Program-made: the position numbers and the translations under genes
Assembly (NCBI GenBank): GCA_030324005.1
Contig: JARDVH010000121.1
Coordinates: 9,991,059-10,055,058 of the forward strand
Source: Negaprion brevirostris
Lineage: Eukaryota
DNA length: 64,000 nucleotides
Direction of reading: 5' to 3'
In this document: positions 54,915 to 64,000 of the stretch, piece after piece
Layout of the letters: each line of letters opens with the position of its first letter
Position numbering within the stretch: the stretch's first letter is position 1
Notes under the pieces: generated by a model
What the model saw: only the letters and a program-made list of their open reading frames with translations
Databases searched by the model: none
Told to the model about the DNA's origin: nothing

Positions 54915-55250
54915 TGCACCGGTTGAATGTTCGATTTGGGTCACAACCCGTGCGAATTCTGCACATTCTCCCCATGTCTGCGTGTGTTTCCTCTGTGTGT
55001 TCCTGTTTCCTCAGNNNNNNNNNNNNNNNNNNNNNNNNNNNNNNNNNNNNNNNNNNNNNNNNNNNNNNNNNNNNNNNNNNNNNNNNNNNNNNNNNNNNNN
55101 NNNNNNNNNNNNNNATCTATTAGTTAGGTGAGTTTTTCATGCTAAATTATTGCTCAGTGTATAAGAACAGGCGACGGAGAGTGGGGAATGGGTGATTTTT
55201 ACAGTAACTTCATTGCAGTGTTGATGTAACCCTATTCTGACACAAATAAA
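54915..55250 (+). mobile_element. V-SINE of the non-CR1-tail subfamily, gapped
   Basis: tgcacattctccccatgtctgcgtg...gaacaggcgacggag...acagtaacttcattgcagtgttgatgtaa...tgacacaaataaa. Confidence 0.8.
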
Positions 55251-56366
55251 TATGTTTGAAACAGACTAAAAAACATGGGCTCCAAGGGTTTCTCTATGGG
55301 TGGTATTTTCTTAGTCGCATTCATACGCACGTCAGCAGGAGATTAGCAATGATGCAAAAAACAAATGCATTTCACGTCTGGAGTGTTTACCTTAACGATA
55401 CGACTAATTTAACCAGGAACTACGTGTCCCTCTTGGAAACAAATTTACGAAAAGGGACACATTGATCGATGTATATGTATTTCGAAATGACCAATAGTGG
55501 TCATTTGCAATTATGCATATTTGTCTGGATTAGNNNNNNNNNNAGTTTGGTGAGACGCATACATCAAAATGGATAGCACAGGCAGTCTTTTTGTAAACAG
55601 TGAAGAAAAACTATTTTTTTAAAGTTAAAGAAAATAACAATGTACATGAAATCGAAGCGCATGATGCCCGATGAAAATTAAGTGTACGAATTTCGAAAAT
55701 ACCAGCGAAAATAGCAGCGTTTCCCGGAGATTATCCCTCGTTTCCATATTATATGGATGTTCTCAGAACACAATGAGGCACACCTTTCCGAAATAACGTG
55801 TCTTTGTAATAATATAAGCCAAATCCATCACACACTTTCCAAAAAAATGCAGTTCGAATGAGCTGTCTGGGATGTCATCGTTGTCGGCTTTCTGATGCTA
55901 CCACACCATGTTTTATTGAGGAGAATATCTGCTGTATGAATTGACTCTGAATCTTAGAACAATGTGGCTCTCGTTGGATGTTGGCTTGTCTGGCGGTTCG
56001 ATAGAAAGTAGCATCTTGGCCTGTCATGTGTACAGTGACTACTCCCTCCGTTTCGTTTCACTAATATTTCAAATTGTATTTCGTTGTCTGCATCTCTCAA
56101 AAATCGTCACTAGAGAAGTTAGTGCATTGTTCTTTCATTCCTCTGTGTATCTGATTTAGTTTCGATGTCTATTACTTTTTGCTGCTGGGAAAATCACATT
56201 ATTATGTTTTTTTTTTCAATGCTGGTTACTATGGCGGCTAGCAGGAATTCAACCAGTTTCTGCACAATTTGGGGTCCATGGTTATTGTTCTTTTTTAAAG
56301 CATTTTTCAGCATTTTCCACGACAATATACTAATTAAACCTTTTTTTTTTCAATTTACTTATCCAG

Positions 56367-56402
56367 CATTAGACAACTACAACGCTACATTGAAAGAGTC
56401 TG
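56367..56402 (+). pseudogene. 36-nt pseudo-exon (A)LDNYNATLKES with donor GT>TT
   Basis: Acceptor caatttacttatccag. Followed by ttcggaaaatg, versus gtctgaaaatg and gtcagaaaatg in its paralogues. Confidence 0.6.
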
Positions 56403-58188
56403 TTCGGAAAATGTGTTTCTTGATATACTTTGTTCTGAAGCATTCATATTATTTGCTAACGACTGCAAAAGTATTATCAGACTTTTTTTTGCAGTATGAT
56501 ATCTTTATTGTACTGCGTGTGGTTCTAATTATTCCTATCAGATTACAAATTATGGATCCCCAACTCATGCGACATGATACTTGTTCACTTCATAATGTAA
56601 CACCTCTCAGGAAAATAAATTATTTTTTTCTCAAAGGCATTTTAATGTTAGCGGGATAGTTTTGACCTTCTATATTTCAATATTTCTATTGAAATTCAGT
56701 TAAATTTGCAAGTGAAAATTAAACAACCATTGAATTCAGTAAACACGTCCCTGTTGCACTGCATTACTTTAGCTATGGAAAGTTGCCATATTTTCCCAAG
56801 CGGCCTCTATGTATTGAATCAGAACTGACGACTGAGATGACCCAGACAACAACTTAGTTAATGGTATAATGGCGGAACAACAAGTGATGCTTAGCTATCA
56901 TTAAAAAAAAATCATTAAATAATTAAATGGTTCCGGGGCGAAAGAACTGCGATGGATATTGCTACCGTTAGGTAGCCTGAAGAACATGAAGCTAATTTAA
57001 AAAAAAACACACATAAAAGTGAGGTAACAAAGGACAATCTTAATTCGATCAGTAATGTATTTTACTTGCACGTAAAGTAAATAAGGCATGCAGAATGTAG
57101 GACTGCAACAAATGAGTGGCCTGAGTTGAGATATATCCGGAAGTCATATGGCGGGGAAACGGGGAATCTGGCATTATTGAGTTTTTAAATGTTTGTTCTG
57201 CTTTTCCTCTACAACGAAAAAGAGTTATCCGGTACACAAAGAATAGAAAGTTTGAAGTTTCATTGACTGACTTGGGAATGGCAAGAACATATGGTTAGGC
57301 TGGATGCTCTTAACAATTAGAAGATTCCCCGCACAAGTTAAAAAAGTGAAACCACTTACAACAAACTTTAACAGAGAAAGGAGGAGGCAGTGCACCAGTG
57401 ATGAAGATTTGAAAATGTTGCACCATTTTAAGGATGCAAAACATCTGCAGGACAATCTGAATACCCTCCTCGTTGGGGTTGTTTTCAAAAATAATATCCA
57501 TGTATGATTATAGATAGCCATGTCGACAACTATATCTCCCCATTTGAAGGCGGTTTGTGTAGGACGAAATTAACTTTTTTTTTATCGAATCACGCTTACA
57601 AGGTAGAAAAGTATCTGGTTGTCCACAAAGATAGTCATTTAAATAAAATGACAAAATCCATTTGGTCGAGTTCAACATAACAAACTAATCAGAAATATTG
57701 AAGCCAATGCGACAAAACAGTTCGGGAAGCATTGATGAAGAGCACGTTGTTCTACAGGGGAAAAAAAACAGGTAACTGTTTACCGTTTAAAATCGCATAC
57801 AAATGTTTTCCATTGACAGCTGCTATGGGTGTTAAAAAAAGAACAGTTTTCAATGCTCTGTTGAAACGATGTTTTGGGCTATTTCGAATTTTGTTAATGA
57901 CAGCGATGAATGCTGAACGGATTTAAATGTAGGAAACCAGAATCGGAATTTAGAATAAGGAAACATCAACTAGTTAAAGACATCAACTTTCAAACTTTGT
58001 TATTCGATGAACTAATGCATTCCTTGAAAAGTAAGAACATGATCTGTAATCTGCATATCTTGAAGCTGTTTCAGTCTGTTACACCGCCGTAAATGTAAGA
58101 CAATATTCTAAAACAGCGCAGTAGCAGCTGTGTGCAATCTGAATGTTATTCCAAATGGCGTTTTAAAGAGAAAAATGTTTTTTTTTAG

Positions 58189-58215
58189 AGGAAATGTTGA
58201 GGATTAAAGATGACG
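58189..58215 (+). pseudogene. 27-nt pseudo-exon (E)EMLRIKDD with donor lost
   Basis: Acceptor tgtttttttttag. Followed by acaattatt, versus gtaacaactttt after paralogue 17864. Confidence 0.55.
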
Positions 58216-59332
58216 ACAATTATTTCAACATTATTTTTGAGCAATTAATTTGAGATACCCCCAGTAATCCCCCAGTTGAACTTAAATAATATGCTTTTAT
58301 CACAGGTCGGGGTTGTCTTTTAACTGAACGTTTTGACTACTGATCAGGGACAAAAAAAAGNNNNNNNNNNNNNNNNNNNNNNNNNNNNNNNNNNNNNNNN
58401 NNNNNNNNNNNNNNNNNNNNNNNNNNNNNNNNNNNNNNNNNNNNNNNNNNNNNNNNNNNNAGTACTCGATTTTCAGCTGCTGGCACTTTACGAGTATTTT
58501 ATGGAGGCTGAATTCCTGAGACAGATTATTGTTATTGCCCTCTGGATTTACAGATGGTGAAGGTGAGACCCATATGTTCTTTGCAACACAATTAATGGTC
58601 GATAATTGTCCAAATACTTACGATTAAATTCTTGACATAAGCATGTTCAACAACATCGTATCAATCGTGTTCAGTATGAAAAGATCCTTCCGCCAGTATC
58701 AATATTTCGGGTAACAAGCAAACAAGTATAATTATTTAAAACAAAATCGCATCTTCGAGCCTCAGCAGCATTTACAGAATCATTCCAAGTCTGCTGGTCA
58801 TTTTGCGTTGTTTAATTTAATTATGTCTCTTAATTACATGATATGTTTCCATGTTTTCCCACTTCATATTTTGAAATATTGATTGAATTGCACACATCGT
58901 TATACATTCCAACTTGTACATTACGCCTTTAATAATCTTCCCCTCAATTAGCTCCGGGATTATCTTTAGCATCAGGTTACTAACACATTCAATCCCCTCA
59001 ACGTCAAATAACAAATATCAAGTTGTAGTTTTCAAAACTTTTATCCATATTTAGTCTAACCAACGACGAGAAAAGCTCACGCATTAGTAACATTTCAATA
59101 GATTTTAAAATCTGTGTTAGTCATTCAACATGCTAAAACTTTGTGGTCGGGCTAATTGCCGCAGCCATGTTTTTTTTTGACTATGCTCAATATGGCCTTT
59201 TCCCTACAGAAAGTAAAATCACATTTAACTGATCCTGAAGACTGCAAGCGATCAGATGTTCATATGTATCAGGCATTGCTGTAGAAATCAGTTAATCGTC
59301 TTTTTTCCCCCTCGCTGTTTCTCGAAATGCAG

Positions 59333-59368
59333 AACAAAAGAATTCCGATGAATCATCAAAAGAAATAG
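59333..59368 (+). CDS. 36-nt micro-exon (E)QKNSDESSKEI
   Basis: Acceptor ctcgctgtttctcgaaatgcag. Donor tag|gtagggacaagccttcatggcac, versus gtaaggaaaaggcttcatgcac after 20997. Confidence 0.7.
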   Translation, partial: NKRIPMNHQKK

Positions 59369-60552
59369 GTAGGGACAAGCCTTCATGGCACATCAAAATT
59401 TTAGCACCCTTGAAATTCATTATTTGTAGAAAATTAATTGTCCCCTGAGTAGATGGCACTCCGCAAATTAAGTGAAAAGAAAACAGAACGATTGTTCAGT
59501 TTCACATTAGTCTCTGATGTGCGTTTGTGTCCACGCCTGCGCGCATCTGTGTGCGTGTGTTCGTGTGTGTCTATGTACCTGTTTGTGCTCAGTGATTTAC
59601 TTGTTCAAAGTTCTTGAAATGCGACCCATTATTCCGCATGTTTTTTTTTCAAACATGTATGGCAAATATATCCTTGTCAGAAACATTGTTGAAGGAATGT
59701 CAGCATTGTTTATATACTTGCGCTCGCCTCTGAGACAAAATTACACAGTAAAACATTTGAATACATCAGTAACGGCGTGCAGTTCGATGTTCAAACGAAA
59801 TATGGAGCAGGACGTTAATGGTACAAACCAGTAAATATAACTCAATGCTAGCAGTGAATGATTCGATGCAACCCTGAACATGTCGCAGGGCGAAAAGCAT
59901 CATTTGCGTAAGAAAGTGCAACGTTTCTCGAGTCACATTATTTGCTTCATAACTATTCGTATGCAATGAATTTTCGAAAGGACTTCTGCTAGAAATGCGA
60001 GCTGTTCGAAATGTAGGGAGAACAAGGCCACATCGTCATATTTTCTCAGCACTTACTATTGTCGCCAACGTCACTCCCAGTACATTAGCAGATACTGCCC
60101 CAAAGGTAGATACCGTGGAAACGGAGGTCAGTGTTTTGATTACCATGATACTTTCCCTATCAATATTGTCTTCAGAAGAAACAGACAGAAGCATTAGGAC
60201 GCTTTTGAATGCGATATTTTATTGTATTTGCACACGAACTTGCGATCATCTCTCTATCTTGGACCGCATACAATTGCGGAAAAACATAAATTAAAATAAT
60301 TAATTTGATCTCATTCGACTGTAAATTGACACACGTATTGTAAAAAATTAGCACAATGAATTGTGAAGCAATGACCAAATATGCANNNNNNNNNNNNNNN
60401 NNNNNNNNNNNNNNNNNNNNNNNNNNNNNNNNNNNNNNNNNNNNNNNNNNNNNNNNNNNNNNNNNNNNNNNNNNNNNNNNNNNNNNNNNNNNNNNNNNNN
60501 NNNNNNNNNNNNNNNNNNNNNNNNNNNNNNNNNNNNNNNNNNNNNNNNNNNN

Positions 60553-60789
60553 GCGGGGGGTGCGGTGGGAGAACAACTTTGGAGATGGGCGGAAAGACAG
60601 GTGAGTGATTTGATGTGTTTTAATGCAGTTTAAATATGTTTTCACTGTCATTACCGGGAACTTGTCGGTGCGGATTGAATTTTCCAGCACGCTAGGAGCA
60701 CTTAAGCCCGGCCAGATTTAGAGGTGCTCCACACGTTCGGGGAACTAGTGGAAGGCCCCACCGTAATGAAGCGGGGCAATCGGGGTCCA
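60553..60789. mobile_element. GC-rich DNA transposon remnant (Harbinger-like end)
   Basis: GC-rich block after a gap, ending aatcggggtcca, similar to aatcgggccca at 25230. Confidence 0.4.
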
Positions 60790-62110
60790 AAAAGAGATCA
60801 TTTCGGGAAAGTTTTGTCAATGTTATCTTCGAAAAAAAAATCAGCAACAGCCGTTTTAATATTTAGCATGATGAATTGAATGCGAAGTGTATATTTGTTT
60901 TTGCTAAGCTCTTCAGTGCAGTTTCCGTGGCTAGCAAACTCTTCGTTATTCAAATTGACGTTTTCTTTCCTGCAAACTTGAACAGTTCTCTTTTGCAGTG
61001 TGTTACACTTAGTCATGCTGTTGTTCACTTGGAAATGAGCTGAGCTCGTGTCCATGAGAATAGACACAAGGAGCCATTTCATGGCGAACAGCAATGGGCG
61101 AACAATTGTCTTGCCACTGTTAGTGCTGCATCAAACTATACCATCCTTGTACATTTTCACATTCTTCAATCTCCAGTTTATTTTTAACAATATATTTGCC
61201 GCTTTCTCTTTCTCAACTCGAAATTCAACATGGTACAGTCATACAGTAGTGGGTTATCGTTAACATTTGCTTACAAATTCAGTCATATGCTAAGGCAATG
61301 TTTCCCACAATAGAGGATTTTATATGTGCACTGAGAATCAATTCTGGAGCATTCGGAACAGTCTCCAGTCCTCCAAAATTCCAGTAAGATCCATGATGTT
61401 GAACAGCAAAGTCGCCGAGAGTCATGCCAGCCATAGACAAGCCCTCCCAGTTTCCACCCTTGCTATAAATCTGAACTTGTTCAAGATTTATGATTGTCGC
61501 TATTTTTGTTCTCCTGCATCGGATCTAACTGTAGTATTGCATGCTAAGACTTGGAGCCCATTGTGGATGGTAAACCCCAGATGAAGTCCGAGATGCAAGT
61601 TATTCGGGGGTGCCGTACCATTTTACACTGTTTACCATGTCTTACATCCAAAAGCTAATTTAAGGCAGATATTCCGTTTGCAGCTTCCACAAATTTTGGA
61701 TTTGTTCCTAAACAGAAAACAGGCCATATCACTTAATCCAGTTTTAACAAATGCAGCTTTCCGTTTGCTCTCTGTTCAGTCGCTCTGTCAACCTGCCATC
61801 GGTGTTGTGGATGGCTCTATAGACTGCAACATGTCTTTGAAGCTGTTTCTGTGGCAATCTGGAAAAGTATATTTCACACAATAAAAGTGTGCTCCCTATG
61901 AATAACAAACAGTCCCGTTATCTTATGGGAGACAATCAAAATGAAAATACGTTGCCTACACATACTTCAGCCTCAAAAAATCTCTGTTGTCACTCCTCTA
62001 ATAATCAAAATGTGGGCATGTAGCACAATATTTTGTTCGTGAATTCACATTGAGAAATGTATTCCACCAGCAAGGTTTTACTGACAGTGTTAGTAACGTT
62101 CATATTTCAG

Positions 62111-62134
62111 AAAATTTGCATGGAAAGATCATGA
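62111..62134 (+). pseudogene. 24-nt degenerate exon copy (E)NLHGKIM
   Basis: Acceptor ttcatatttcag, weak donor tga|gtagat. ENLHGKI resembles EKLKGKV (43071). Lies at the expected position after 59333. Confidence 0.35.
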
Positions 62135-63659
62135 GTAGATGAGTTGCAAATGTCTGCTGCTTCAATACCTTAGGATTTCAAAGGAGGGTTGCAAAATTAT
62201 GCGAAGTTATTCGACAAGAACATATTTTATTTTCGTCTGTAAGATTGAAAATGTCGAATGATGTGTTTTCGAATGGTTATGTTTCAGTAGAGATAGCGAA
62301 TTGATTCCGTTCATTGATGTTTCGATCGTGCATTGTCTCAGCTGAGTTTGTCAATATTCTCAAATACCCGGTCCTATGAGATGAATTCTCATCCGTTTCG
62401 TCGCTCATTTATCACACACCCGAACATTTTCAGTTTTATAAACGGCGTCTTCACAGCGGCATTTCACGTTTTCTGCGGTATTTTAGAACTTGCATCCATA
62501 CGGAAGGCTGTAGAATGCATTTTTTTCACTGTGACCAAGAAACCTGCTTAACCTTTCCTTTGTTTCGTGTATTTTGTCTAGTTCTCAATTCACTGAAACA
62601 CCAACCATTCTTCTCATTATGAGTTTTTTTATATATTCAAATAATTTTCGAGATATTTCAGCATAAAAAAACAGCATTTGATTGGCCCTTGTTCCACCAA
62701 AGTGAAATTGCACTTCCCTTCCCCTGAACTATGCGTTTAAAGGGCAATGACGTTTGCGGTTACAATTACTCTTGGGAATCATTAAACCCATGGCATGTTG
62801 TTTTAGTTCATCTTCTGTTACATCTAAAAACGTGAACTAATTTACCTTTTTATACACTCCTAATGTAAGCTCAGAATATGAGGATGAGGTGCGTCCCTGA
62901 ATCGCAGCCAATCCTGTGGCGCAGTTTGAAACATCTCACGGTCAAATCGAATGATTATGCGCTTAGCTGAGCCATAGTGAAGGAATATGAAATGTGTTTT
63001 CAAGTTGGGGAAATCTAGATGTTGGTGTTTCCACGTAATAATTTCTTTTGTCTGTCTATGTAGATGAAGTGATAGTTCTGGCACCTACCACAGGAGAACG
63101 GAAGAGGTGCAACAGTACAAGTTGCATTGGTCGAAGGTAGTGAATATGGTGACTGTACTGAGTGATGCATCATGTACCACTTCAGGACTATCTTTCTCCT
63201 TTAACACATCGACGACTCTGTCTCTTGTGGTTGAATGTGAGATTGTCTGGGCACAATGCTGCTCAGCATCTTATGGATGTTGGAAAGGTTCATGTTGGTC
63301 AGCTGCTGAGTTTCACAGCTGAAACATCCTAAAACATAAAATGTTCTTGTCGATACAGTGTTGATTTAACTGCTCCGGTTCACTTCATTTTCAAGCATTA
63401 GCTGAATAGTTTTCATGATGTTGGTCAGAATAATCGTGATGCGAATCAACGTCAAACGAAAACGTCAACATATGAGCTTAGTCTCGTAGGTCGCCGTTTA
63501 ACAATAGAAAATAAATCATAAATATGCATTGTTGCATATCTGTTATATGAAGGATTTGTGCAAGTAGCTCAAAGTTGTTCTGCCGTGGTATTATACAAAT
63601 CTCAGTCCAGAGTATTAATCGATTTTATTCTAAAGGTGACCATAGGAATTAGTAGAAAC

Positions 63660-63994
63660 ACAGAGTCATAGGAACCATACAGTGCATAGTAGGCTACCTG
63701 GCCCATCCAGTCTGTAATGACAACAGTACGAACACAGGTCTTATTCCCAGAACGCCAGATATCCTTTGGACCTGCACATCCCAGGGCACTGAGGGGCAAT
63801 ATAACGTGACCAATCAACTTTTCCGACACATCTTTGGACTCTGGGAGGAGACCACATCCTCTGGAGGAAACGCACGCAGGCGTGTGGAGAACTTGAAAAC
63901 TCCATGCAAAAGGTGATTGAATCTGGGAATCGAATCCTAGTCTGAATCTATGAGGCTGCAGTGTCACTGACCACTGTCCCATCATGCTGCCCCC
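63660..63994 (-). mobile_element. HE1-like V-SINE, near full length
   Basis: Tail catagg...tacagtgca, V-domain ctgggaggagacc...ggaggaaacgcacgcag, head tgaggctgcagtgtcactgaccactg...gctgcccc. Confidence 0.85.
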
Positions 63995-64000
63995 AATTAT

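Noticed and set aside
56165-56659. 164-aa hydrophobic ORF
   Set aside because: It is a translation of T-rich intron sequence. Only the embedded ALDNYNATLKES pseudo-exon is meaningful.
1139-62134. Collagen interpretation of the 27/36-nt exon sizes
   Set aside because: There is no Gly-X-Y pattern, and the peptides show heptad leucines instead.
61740-63330. Minus-strand acceptor-like sites near 61859 and 63328 suggesting an antisense gene
   Set aside because: Short frames, no convincing donors and no recognisable protein.
1-64000. Ig/TCR segments with RSS, CRISPR arrays, rRNA or prokaryotic operons
   Set aside because: By eye I saw no V/C-domain exons, heptamer-spacer-nonamer pairs, regularly spaced repeats or long ORFs.

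Overview
AT-rich eukaryotic genomic DNA with several N gaps. The repeat content points to a cartilaginous fish (shark or ray): HE1/V-SINEs, a SacSINE1-like Deu-SINE, CR1 and Rex1/Babar LINE fragments, Penelope ends and Harbinger-like ends. No ORF in the supplied track is a real gene. The main result is hidden from the ORF track: a + strand array of about 18 micro-exons spread from 1139 to 62134. Most alternate between 27 and 36 nt and are symmetric phase 1-1. Spliced together they read as an E/K/D-rich leucine-heptad coiled coil with a 21-aa period (27+36 = 63 nt = 3 heptads). The exons fall into paralogous classes whose intronic flanks are still similar, implying roughly 18-20 kb tandem duplications of a multi-exon module. 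Several distal copies have damaged splice sites. The start, end and any folded-domain exons of the gene were not found, so its identity is unresolved. Secondary observations are Penelope-borne minimal hammerhead ribozymes, a locally templated inverted insertion inside a CR1 element, and an apparent lack of CpG depletion. All calls were made by eye, without database searches.
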